A DNA stretch of 32,000 bases from Candidatus Heimdallarchaeota archaeon (GTDB lineage Archaea; Asgardarchaeota; Heimdallarchaeia; Heimdallarchaeales; Heimdallarchaeaceae), in NCBI GenBank assembly GCA_030668875.1, contig DAOVER010000008.1, positions 30,001 to 62,000 of the forward strand. Reading direction: 5' to 3'. A model generated the notes under the pieces. That model did no database searches, had not been told where the DNA came from, and was given only the letters and a program-made list of their open reading frames with translations. The position numbers were made by a program, and so were the translations under genes. This document shows positions 10,035-18,082 of this stretch, in pieces. Position 1 is the first letter of the stretch. The number at the start of each line of letters is the position of its first letter.

Positions 10035-10406
10035 TTACTTTTTCTTCCAGACTTTTAGAAATTCAGGCATTTCCTCGAAGGCAATTACTGGTAAAGTGAC
10101 CCATTTTGGATCAGCAGCAAAATCAGTAAATTCCATCTCTTCAGCCGGAGATGTTCTATATCTAATAAAAGCAGTTTCAAGTTCCTTAGAGTCTTCAACC
10201 CAGATTATAAAAGGTAGAGCATTAAGTTCGTAATATCCTAAACTCGTATTGAAAATGAAATAAAAAGATTTTTCATTATCTCTGAAATATCCTATGTATC
10301 CTGCTGCTCTATCAGATCCTACGCTAAAAACCATCATTTTTACTAAATCTTTAACTGAAGAAACTTTAATAGCTGCTGGAGATTGTATTTTGTCTGTGTC
10401 AACCAT
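10035..10406 (-). CDS. Hypothetical soluble protein downstream of the ATPase proteolipid gene
   Basis: 123-aa ORF with GGTGA SD (ttggtgaattataatt) upstream of ATG and globular composition, 35 nt after atpK on the same strand. Confidence 0.7.
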   Translation of the reverse strand: MVDTDKIQSPAAIKVSSVKDLVKMMVFSVGSDRAAGYIGYFRDNEKSFYFIFNTSLGYYELNALPFIIWVEDSKELETAFIRYRTSPAEEMEFTDFAADPKWVTLPVIAFEEMPEFLKVWKKK

Positions 10407-10441
10407 AATAATTCACCAAAAAATAAGAAAAGATTGTGAAA

Positions 10442-10753
10442 TTAAAATACTATCAGAATTGCCACAAGCAGTCCATAAATAGCTACCGCTTCAATAAGTA
10501 CAATGAAGAGAAAAGCTTTTCCAAATAAATCCGGATTTTCAACTATAGCTCCAATAGCAGCACTTCCTGCAATCGCCATAGATATAGCCGCTGCAGCTCC
10601 TGTAACCCCTACTGCTAGGGCTGCTGCTATTGGTTTTAAGTAGTCATCAGAAGGAGCATCTTGTGCAAGAACACCTGTTGACATCAACATTAAAGCTCCA
10701 GTAATACTAAAGATTATCACTGCAAATTTCGCTGTTTTTTTATTCAAAAGCAT
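10442..10753 (-). CDS. atpK: V/A-type ATP synthase subunit K (proteolipid c), single hairpin with N-terminal presequence
   Basis: Ala/Gly-rich helices IAAALAVGVTGAAAAISMAIAGSAAIGAIVENP and FIVLIEAVAIYGLLVAILI carrying the ion-binding Glu. Signal-peptide-like leader ends VLA|QD. Confidence 0.95.
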   Translation of the reverse strand: MLLNKKTAKFAVIIFSITGALMLMSTGVLAQDAPSDDYLKPIAAALAVGVTGAAAAISMAIAGSAAIGAIVENPDLFGKAFLFIVLIEAVAIYGLLVAILIVF

Positions 10754-10858
10754 AGATTATCACCTATTTCCATAACCTCTTTTGTGTATCTGAATTTAAA
10801 AATTTCGAAAGGACCCTTCTTATGGATTTAGAGTCTAAAACAATACATATAATAACCA

Positions 10859-10872
10859 CGAAAGCTTTAATA
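10859..10872 (+). promoter_or_regulatory. Putative BRE/TATA promoter of the ESCRT-III operon
   Basis: cgaaag followed by tttaata, 33 nt before the ATG at 10906, in the 152-bp divergent intergenic region. Confidence 0.4.
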
Positions 10873-10905
10873 GGTATAACTTAAAAAATTAAAACAGTGA
10901 GCTAG

Positions 10906-11520
10906 ATGTTTGGAAATTTTATGGGATGGCTATTAGGTTCGAAGAAAAACCCTCGCGACCATATAGTAAATCTAAGATTAACTGTTCGTCGATTAGAAAG
11001 AGCTCAGAGAAAGCTTGAACGTGACGAATCTAAAATGCAATTAAAAATGAAACAAAGTATTCAACGAGGAGATTTAGAGTCTGCACGATTATTTGCAACA
11101 GATATTGTTCGAAACCAACGTTGGGAGTTTGGTTATCAAAAATTAGTATCTAGAATAAATGGATTAATTTTCAAACTTGAACGTGCGGATACTGCTGCCA
11201 GCATGGCTGCAGAGATGCATGGAGTAGCTTCCGCTCTTCGAGCTGCTAATGAGCAGCTACAAATACCTGATTTAGACCGAGTAATTCAGGATATGGAAGG
11301 ATCCATTGACGGGATTGAGGAATCTACAGGTACTATTGAAGATGGTATAGATGATTTATTGATTGCAGATACAGATCCAGCTGAAGTAGATCGTTTAATA
11401 GAAAAAACTGCTGTTGAATTAGGTGTCTCAACACAAGCAGGATTACCTTCTGTGGGTGTTGTAGAGACAGATGATTTAGAAGAAGAAATCCAAAAGCTAA
11501 GGAAAAAAGAAGAGGATTAA
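10906..11520 (+). CDS. ESCRT-III subunit, Vps2/Vps24/Vps46(Did2) class
   Basis: Snf7-family helical pattern LRLTVRRLERAQRKLERDESKMQLKMKQSIQRGDLESARLFATDIVR; N-terminal amphipathic MFGNFMGWLLG; C-terminal MIM1-like DDLEEEIQKLRK. Confidence 0.92.
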   Translation: MFGNFMGWLLGSKKNPRDHIVNLRLTVRRLERAQRKLERDESKMQLKMKQSIQRGDLESARLFATDIVRNQRWEFGYQKLVSRINGLIFKLERADTAASMAAEMHGVASALRAANEQLQIPDLDRVIQDMEGSIDGIEESTGTIEDGIDDLLIADTDPAEVDRLIEKTAVELGVSTQAGLPSVGVVETDDLEEEIQKLRKKEED

Positions 11521-11534
11521 ATAGGTGATAAATA

Positions 11535-12188
11535 ATGGTTAAAAATTGGCTCTTTGGCAAAAAACGAAAGGAAGACGCTGATGCTCTTTCAACACTCAAA
11601 GCACAAATGAATAGAATGGAACATGAGGCAAGAAATCTTGAAAGACAAGCAGATGAGCAGAAAATACTAGCTGCCAAAATGCTTCAAACTGGCAACAAAG
11701 CTGGAGCAAGATCAGCACTTAAGAGAAGAGCAGTCTTCATGAAAAGACTCAATTCTGTTCATAATACTGTTATGAACCTTCAAGCTCAGCTAGATAGTAT
11801 CCAAACAGCTGCATCAACCGCTGACACTGTTAGGGCAATGGAAGTAGGTACAAAGGTAGTTGGAGAGAAAATCAAGGAAGTTTCTCCAGAAAGAACAGAA
11901 CGTGTTATGGATACAGTTATGGAACAACGTGATCAAATTGAAATGATGACAGAAGCCTTATCTGATCCAAGTTTATCTGAAGGAATTCTAGATTTTGAAG
12001 ACGATGCAGCAATTGATGATCAACTAGCACAGCTTGAAGCTGAAATGGACCTTGGAACAACAACAAGCTTGCCTGATCTCTCTGGATTACCTGCAACACC
12101 AACTGGTGTCTCAGGTGAAAAGGAAGAAGATACATCAGATCTTGAAGAAGAACTTGAATCGTTGAAGAAAAAAATGAGTGAAGATTAA
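11535..12188 (+). CDS. ESCRT-III subunit, Vps20/Vps32(Snf7)/Vps60 class
   Basis: WLFGKK N-terminus, GNKAGARSALKRR...LNSVHNTVMNLQAQLDSIQ, acidic tail with LPDL..LPATP and DLEEELESLKK motifs. Confidence 0.92.
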   Translation: MVKNWLFGKKRKEDADALSTLKAQMNRMEHEARNLERQADEQKILAAKMLQTGNKAGARSALKRRAVFMKRLNSVHNTVMNLQAQLDSIQTAASTADTVRAMEVGTKVVGEKIKEVSPERTERVMDTVMEQRDQIEMMTEALSDPSLSEGILDFEDDAAIDDQLAQLEAEMDLGTTTSLPDLSGLPATPTGVSGEKEEDTSDLEEELESLKKKMSED

Positions 12189-12196
12189 CATCTTCC

Positions 12197-12215
12197 TTTT
12201 TTGTTTTTATTTTTT
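12197..12215 (+). terminator. Oligo-T archaeal-type terminator after the ESCRT-III pair
   Basis: ttttttgtttttatttttt starts 8 nt after the stop at 12188. Confidence 0.5.
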
Positions 12216-12304
12216 AAAGGGAAAGTGGAGAACAATAGAAAATAAAATAAAACCATTTATATCTGATAGTTGTAATAATAGTATAGAACTCGAAAAAAAC
12301 GGTT

Positions 12305-13459
12305 GTGACTTACGTGTCGGCACAAGGCTTAATAGATCATGCTAGAGAATTTGCTTTAAAGGCTTATAATTTTGATAAAGAAAAAAACTATAGTGAAGCT
12401 ATTCCTTATTACTTAGATGCCGCAGAAGCTTTAATGAAAGCCATTAGATTCGAGCGTAATCCTCAAATTGCTCGGACATTGAAGAAGAAAGCGGAAATGT
12501 ATTTAGCTCGTTCAAAGGAATTGCGAGAACTACTTTCTAAACGGAAGGAGAAGAAGTCAGCAGCTGGAGACGACAGCGACAATGATAAATTATCGGGAGC
12601 AATTTCTGATATTATCGTTACAGAGAAACCCTCAGTCGCCTTAAAAGACATTGCTGGATTAGAAACTGCTAAACAGACATTAAGAGAAGCAATTGTTTTG
12701 CCGTTAATGCGTCCAGATCTTTTTTCAGGTGCAAGAAGACCTTGGAAAGGAATTTTGTTATTTGGTCCTCCCGGTTGTGGAAAAACTCTAATAGCAAAGG
12801 CAACAGCAGCTGAAGTTGAAGCTACTTTTTTCAATGTTAGTGCTTCTTCAATCATTTCGAAGTGGTTAGGAGAATCAGAGAAACTTGTTAAGACCTTGTT
12901 CCAACTCGCTCGTGAAAAACAACCAAGTATTATCTTCATTGATGAAGTTGATGCTTTAGCAGGAGCAAGAGGAGGAGAGCACGATGCAATGCGTCGAGTT
13001 AAAACTGAATTGTTGACTTCAATGGATGGTTTATCTAGTTCAGAAAAAGATCGCATTGTCACTGTAGGTGCAACAAACTTGCCAGAAGCTATAGATGGTG
13101 CTTTTAGGCGGAGATTTGAGCGTCGTATTTACATTCCTCTACCAGACATTGAAGCTAGAGAAGCAATCTACAAATACAACACCAAAGGTATAGAAGTTGG
13201 TCCTGATGTTGACTACTCTATTTTAGCAGAAATAACTGATTGTTACTCTGGTGCCGATATTGCAATGGTATGCAGAGAAGCAATAATGACACCTATTAGA
13301 GAGCTGGATATGGCTGGAGCAATTACTGATACAAATATTCAAGCGCGTCAAGTTACACAAGATGACTTTTTAGAAGCAATAGAAGCCATCAATCCATCAG
13401 TTAGTGATGATGAAGTAGATAGATACGATAAATGGAATGAAGAATTTGGCAGTGCTTAA
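12305..13459 (+). CDS. vps4: Vps4 AAA+ ATPase with N-terminal MIT domain
   Basis: MIT (AREFALKAYNFDKEKNYSEAIPYYLDAAEALM), Walker A GPPGCGKT, pore loop SKWLGESEK, Walker B IIFIDE, FRRRFERRIYIPLP, C-terminal helix YDKWNEEFGS. Confidence 0.97.
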   Translation: MTYVSAQGLIDHAREFALKAYNFDKEKNYSEAIPYYLDAAEALMKAIRFERNPQIARTLKKKAEMYLARSKELRELLSKRKEKKSAAGDDSDNDKLSGAISDIIVTEKPSVALKDIAGLETAKQTLREAIVLPLMRPDLFSGARRPWKGILLFGPPGCGKTLIAKATAAEVEATFFNVSASSIISKWLGESEKLVKTLFQLAREKQPSIIFIDEVDALAGARGGEHDAMRRVKTELLTSMDGLSSSEKDRIVTVGATNLPEAIDGAFRRRFERRIYIPLPDIEAREAIYKYNTKGIEVGPDVDYSILAEITDCYSGADIAMVCREAIMTPIRELDMAGAITDTNIQARQVTQDDFLEAIEAINPSVSDDEVDRYDKWNEEFGSA

Positions 13460-13476
13460 AACTAGAGGTCTAACTC

Positions 13477-14232
13477 ATGTCTACCCTTGAAAAGAGAAAA
13501 GATGAAGAAGAACATGCTGAAAAATTAGATATAAAGAAGCTCAAGGAAGAAAAAGAAATTTCCGATGAGAAACTAAAGCTAATTGAAGCAAGTATCAAGG
13601 GATTGGAAATAACTGAGGAAGACCTAAAAGCTACTATGCCTGTTGTGAAAACTGTTACACAAGTAGATCTTTCAAAAGAACAAAGAGCGTTTTTAGAAGT
13701 TGAGTTTGAGGATAGTTTACCGAAATGGGTAAAAGCTCCCTGGATGTATATTAAACCAAAGAAAGAATCACAAGTTGAATCTTGGCTTGAAAGCTGGTCA
13801 GCAATAGTTCTTGATTACAGTCGCATTTTTGTGATTCACATTATTAATGTTAATGAGATTCGAAATGTTCATCCATTTAATAATACTAAAAACAATAAAA
13901 GAATGTCTTTGGAACAAACTCGAGAGATTGTTGATCATCTCGTTAAACAGAGTGTAGCTAAATGGTTAGATGAAAAGACAAAAACACGAGCTCGTATTTA
14001 CTGGAAAACAAACGAGGAGTGGGCAGATAATCTGTTAGATTTCATGATTGAAACAGGTAGAGTCGTGGAGATTCACTCACTTTTTGATCTTTCGCAACTT
14101 CAACAAAAATGGAGCGATTTACCCGCTGATGATTTAATAATTGTTTGTGAAATGTTGGTTGAAAAAAAAGTGGCAAAATGGTTAAATAAAGAAAAAACAA
14201 TTATTCAATTTGAATCTGATAAAGTTTTTTAA
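13477..14232 (+). CDS. vps25: ESCRT-II subunit Vps25 (EAP20) with charged N-terminal extension
   Basis: PWMYIKP...QVESWLESWSAIVLDY...HPFNN..NKRMS matches the eukaryotic FPPFFTLQP...W.SLVL...LFNN..L.RKL pattern; second winged helix WSDLPADDLIIVCEMLVEKKVAKW. Confidence 0.88.
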   Translation: MSTLEKRKDEEEHAEKLDIKKLKEEKEISDEKLKLIEASIKGLEITEEDLKATMPVVKTVTQVDLSKEQRAFLEVEFEDSLPKWVKAPWMYIKPKKESQVESWLESWSAIVLDYSRIFVIHIINVNEIRNVHPFNNTKNNKRMSLEQTREIVDHLVKQSVAKWLDEKTKTRARIYWKTNEEWADNLLDFMIETGRVVEIHSLFDLSQLQQKWSDLPADDLIIVCEMLVEKKVAKWLNKEKTIIQFESDKVF

Positions 14233-14238
14233 AAAAAA

Positions 14239-14964
14239 TTACATCCCTAGTAAACCAGGAAACCAATATTTGGTGCCCTCAGAATAGCTTCTATCTACTC
14301 TTGCAATACCATGTTCATCAAAGAATGTTAAACATCTATCAATTCTTTCTTCTGACCAGTCAGTTTTCATCAAAAGCTCTTCTTTTGTCACATACCCTGA
14401 TCTTGACGCATAACTCAATATGATGTCGTGGTCTGGGCTGAATTCAACTGGTGTAAACTCTATGATTTTGACACCAGACTCAAGATTTTTGTAGGGTCTT
14501 ATAAGTTTAGAATTGATAAGTTTCTCAATCGATCTATACATATCATCTATTGAAACCATTCTTCCAGGTCTGATTTTATTCAATTGAGTAAATAATTCTC
14601 CAACTGACATGATACCTCCGTTATCAGGAGTCGAACTCTGACCTTGTTCCAATATTTCATTTGCCAAAATATCGTAGAATCCTTTGCCAGTTAATTTATC
14701 TTTGAGTGTAGGTGCTTCTTTCCAATCAAAACGACCAATTTCTGCAGGTAATCCTAATTCGTCTCGTAAACCTGCTAGTTTGTCATAATATTCTTTATTC
14801 TCCGAGATTTTATCACCGTATTTTTTCTCGAATTTTTTCAGCTGTTTCTTAATAACCTGAATATTATCCATCATTTGCTGTAATTCTTGAATCATTAATT
14901 CAGCATCTTTTACTTGGAAAGCAGATTTTATCTTGATTTTTTTCTCTATGTCTCTTAAACCCAC
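14239..14964 (-). CDS. ESCRT-II subunit Vps22/Vps36 (EAP30 family)
   Basis: Start placed at GTG 14964 (GGAG SD upstream), giving MGLRDIEKK. Contains GFYDILANEILE, NGGIMSVGELFTQLNK, GYVTKEELLMKTDWSEERIDRCL, and ends KYWFPGL (EAP30 tandem winged helices). Confidence 0.9.
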   Translation of the reverse strand: MGLRDIEKKIKIKSAFQVKDAELMIQELQQMMDNIQVIKKQLKKFEKKYGDKISENKEYYDKLAGLRDELGLPAEIGRFDWKEAPTLKDKLTGKGFYDILANEILEQGQSSTPDNGGIMSVGELFTQLNKIRPGRMVSIDDMYRSIEKLINSKLIRPYKNLESGVKIIEFTPVEFSPDHDIILSYASRSGYVTKEELLMKTDWSEERIDRCLTFFDEHGIARVDRSYSEGTKYWFPGLLGM

Positions 14965-15049
14965 TTCAATCTCCAAATAGTAATTGTATAGCACTTATTT
15001 ATATCTTCGCAAATCTGAAGACTATCAAAATATAAAATAGTCAGAAAAA

Positions 15050-15355
15050 CTAGAAAATACTTGGTAAAACTTGTATCCAATTCTTTATTTTCCCTGTTAT
15101 CTGATTTACTTCTCGTGGTGAAAGGAATGCTGCAAGCCTATTTTTGTATTTTCTATAGAGAGATTTGTATACCTCTTCCATCTCGTCTCCCAATCTTTCT
15201 CCCTTTGAGTTGATTTTTCTAATTTCCAAAGTGATTTCTTCTATTTCTTCAAGAATATAACCAACATCTATCTTAATCTCTATAAGATTGATTAATTCAA
15301 ACAATAACTGTCTCATGTTGATAAATTGTGCGTCATCAGCGTTTTTCTCTAGCAC
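15050..15355 (-). CDS. Small helical protein, probable stand-alone Vps28 C-terminal-domain-like four-helix bundle
   Basis: SD AGGTGA then GTG at 15355. Hand alignment to the Vps28 CTD of the adjacent gene: ELINL/ELIDL, ILEEIEEI/LLADMDEM, RKYK/GKYK, KNWI/ARWL. Confidence 0.55.
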   Translation of the reverse strand: MLEKNADDAQFINMRQLLFELINLIEIKIDVGYILEEIEEITLEIRKINSKGERLGDEMEEVYKSLYRKYKNRLAAFLSPREVNQITGKIKNWIQVLPSIF

Positions 15356-15431
15356 GAAAATCACCTGGTTATATCTCGATAAACCTCATTGAAAAATAAT
15401 TATAAGAAGAGAGGATATCTCCTTCTTTTCA

Positions 15432-16835
15432 TTATAATTCTTTGAGGACTCGTCGAAAATCATTCAGCCATCTTGCTGCTTGGAATTCGAGTTTTTCACA
15501 ATCTTCCTCCTTTATGACCTCTTCAGGTTTGTATTTACCAACAATTTCACGCCAATTATTGATATCTCCAATGACCCAATGGTCTTCAGGAATTGATGGG
15601 AATGTTTTGAGTATGTGTATCATCTCATCCATATCTGCTAGTAGTAAATCTGCCCTAGCTACTGAACGAAGTCTAGTTAAATCAATCAACTCAATTGCAG
15701 AAGAAACAAAATCCGCAGTTTTTGAGGGCATTTTCTTCAACGAGTCAAAGGGTATGGATACTGCGTCAGCAGTTTCAACTCCTTCAGCTACACGGAGATG
15801 TCGAATGCCTTTAGGATATTTGTTATCTAGTTTTTCTTTTTTGATAAAGTTTTCAAGTTGGAACCCAACTTTCTCTAGCTGCATTCGTGATTTGAAAATA
15901 CTTCTAATAAGAGAACGTAATTGCTTTCTATATGCAATTTGATCTATTTCATTATTTTCATAACTCTTAGCAAGATTATCAAGTGTTACAATTGAAGCAT
16001 AAAGATTAGCTTCTAATTCGAGGTTTTTTTCATCTAGTTTTGACATGCTACCACTCGCTTTGACGTGATTATGATGTTTTTCAGCTTTATAACCATTTTT
16101 AGAGTACCGTTTATATAGCTTTAGGAAATCCACAGTTGTCATGTCACCATCTTCAAATTTCTCTTGGAGTACTTCTAGGGTTTCTTGAACTGCATAGCTC
16201 TCAGCTTTAAGATTTTCTTCTAATGAGATTGATATTTCTTTGTCTGATCTATCAACTTCGATACCACCTTCTTTTAGTAAAGAGGCTCTTTCTTTCTCAA
16301 TTTTTCTACTTATGTCGTCAATCTTTGTTTGATAGTCCATTACTGTATCTTCTATTTCCCGTTTTTCAGTCTCTATAGGAGCTTCTTTTTTAGTTGCTAC
16401 CATTTCAATTTGAGGAAGTTGTCTAACAGGGATGGTAGCTCTCTGTAGTCCAGAATATCTTTCTTTTTTCTTTGATCTCTTTGTTTTATATGGTTTAGCT
16501 GGAACCCGGGTAAAAAGCTGTTTTGTATCACTAATTACATCATGAACATGATAATTTCTATTCCATTCCGCTAGTATTTTCATAACCAATGTTCCATCAT
16601 CATCAGTATTTGGATGATTCACCTTTGGTGTAATATCAACAAAAGGTGCTATATCAGGGAACCCGTCTTGAATGAAAATATTTGCAAAGATAGGAATTTC
16701 AGTTCCTTCAATTGTTCCTACATAACCTTTCCAATGTTTAAGGTTACCTCTTACAGGTTCGAATCCTGTTGCATTTTCATATATTAATTGCGTTTCATTT
16801 GCAAGGATGTAATCATCAGTAGATATCTGTCTCAC
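15432..16835 (-). CDS. ESCRT-I fusion protein: UEV (E2-like, no catalytic Cys) + coiled coil + Vps23 steadiness box + full Vps28
   Basis: UBC fold with FPDIAP.V...HPNTDDDGTLVMKILAEW; steadiness box AESYAVQETLEVLQEKFEDGDMTTVDFLKLYKRYS; Vps28 N-part NLYASIVTLDNLAKSYENNEIDQIAYRKQLRSLI; CTD TADFVSSAIELIDL...RWLNDFRRVL. Confidence 0.88.
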   Translation of the reverse strand: MRQISTDDYILANETQLIYENATGFEPVRGNLKHWKGYVGTIEGTEIPIFANIFIQDGFPDIAPFVDITPKVNHPNTDDDGTLVMKILAEWNRNYHVHDVISDTKQLFTRVPAKPYKTKRSKKKERYSGLQRATIPVRQLPQIEMVATKKEAPIETEKREIEDTVMDYQTKIDDISRKIEKERASLLKEGGIEVDRSDKEISISLEENLKAESYAVQETLEVLQEKFEDGDMTTVDFLKLYKRYSKNGYKAEKHHNHVKASGSMSKLDEKNLELEANLYASIVTLDNLAKSYENNEIDQIAYRKQLRSLIRSIFKSRMQLEKVGFQLENFIKKEKLDNKYPKGIRHLRVAEGVETADAVSIPFDSLKKMPSKTADFVSSAIELIDLTRLRSVARADLLLADMDEMIHILKTFPSIPEDHWVIGDINNWREIVGKYKPEEVIKEEDCEKLEFQAARWLNDFRRVLKEL

Positions 16836-16922
16836 CTTATTCTATTTCTCTCTATAAAATGATGACAATGAAACTTTAAAAAACATTGCATTCAATTTGT
16901 CAAATTAAAGTTGAAATCTGAC

Positions 16923-17927
16923 CTATCTTGTTATTTGAAGGATAATTTTTATCGGCTTTGCAAGATTGTTATCTAAAACGAATACGGTTTCTTTCCCCTT
17001 AGAGAGAGAATCTTTGATTAAACTAGTAGAATCTAATAATTTGCCTTTCATCATTAACTCTGGTTTTTTCAATCCATAAGTTAAAGCTAACCGAACTTCT
17101 AATTCTTTTACTGTTTCTTTTGAATGAGCTACAAACTCTATTTGCTCAAGTTTGTACAAATCTCCGCAAGTAGGACATTCTTCAGATCGAACCAATTCCA
17201 AAATGGTAGTTGCATTATTTAATCCATCATAAAAGAGATAATTACAAAGACTATTCCCAATATTCAGTATCAGTTTCAAAGCTTCTTGAGCCATGATACC
17301 TCCAACAATTGCTGATAATGTCGCTACAGCTGGAAGAGGAGGTTCTTCTTCGATTTCCTCTCTTTCCTTTTTCCTTTCCTCACCAAAAGGCGTACAGGCT
17401 TGAGCTAACTCTTCTTCAGGAACCAAAGGTTGGCATTCAAAACACGCTGTTTCGTAAGGAATAATAACTTGAGCATTCCCTAAAAAAGCAAACATGCCTC
17501 CTGTGACTAATGGTATTTTCATTCTAACGGCCATTGAATTGATCCATCTACGTCCAAGAAACGTATCTAAACAGGAGACAATTACATCTGCCTCTTCATA
17601 TACTGATATGGAAACTTTTTCCATCTTTTTATGATAGAATTCGATGTCTACTGTTGGATTTAATTCCTTCAATCTCTTAGCAGCAGTTTCTGATTTGGAA
17701 TTTCCTACATCACTATCACGAAATAATAGTTGTCTATTGAGATTGGATGTTTCTATCGTGTCAAAATCTATTATTACTAGTTTACCAATTCCTGAAGAAG
17801 CAAGAATGGTTCCTACATAACTACCAATAGCACCAACTCCAACAAGAAGCACTGTGCTATCTGAAAGAGTATCCTGGTTCCATCCCGGTATCAACTGCTG
17901 TCTAGAGTAGCGAACATCATCCGTCAT
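16923..17927 (-). CDS. Ubiquitin-activating enzyme E1 (ThiF/UBA family) with C-terminal ubiquitin-fold domain
   Basis: RYSRQ, VGVGAIG nucleotide loop, DFDTIETSNLNRQ, zinc pairs CFEC and CPTC, catalytic Cys in ACT. C-terminal ~75 aa have a beta-grasp pattern (TVKELEVRL...LMMKGKLL). Start likely ATG 17927 (MTDDVRY). Confidence 0.92.
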   Translation of the reverse strand: MTDDVRYSRQQLIPGWNQDTLSDSTVLLVGVGAIGSYVGTILASSGIGKLVIIDFDTIETSNLNRQLLFRDSDVGNSKSETAAKRLKELNPTVDIEFYHKKMEKVSISVYEEADVIVSCLDTFLGRRWINSMAVRMKIPLVTGGMFAFLGNAQVIIPYETACFECQPLVPEEELAQACTPFGEERKKEREEIEEEPPLPAVATLSAIVGGIMAQEALKLILNIGNSLCNYLFYDGLNNATTILELVRSEECPTCGDLYKLEQIEFVAHSKETVKELEVRLALTYGLKKPELMMKGKLLDSTSLIKDSLSKGKETVFVLDNNLAKPIKIILQITR

Positions 17928-18082
17928 TAAATCACAAGCCAACGATATGGTACTATTTGTTGCTGATATATGTTTCTTTTTGAACAGCTAAAAACAATAT
18001 TGAAAACTCTGAACAATAAAATTAGATAAAATACCAATAAATGCTATTAAAAATATAAAGAAGAAAAGGACTTAGATTTGAA

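Noticed and set aside
15432-16835. Active E2 ubiquitin-conjugating enzyme
   Set aside because: The position of the catalytic Cys after HPN is Val (GTLVMKIL).
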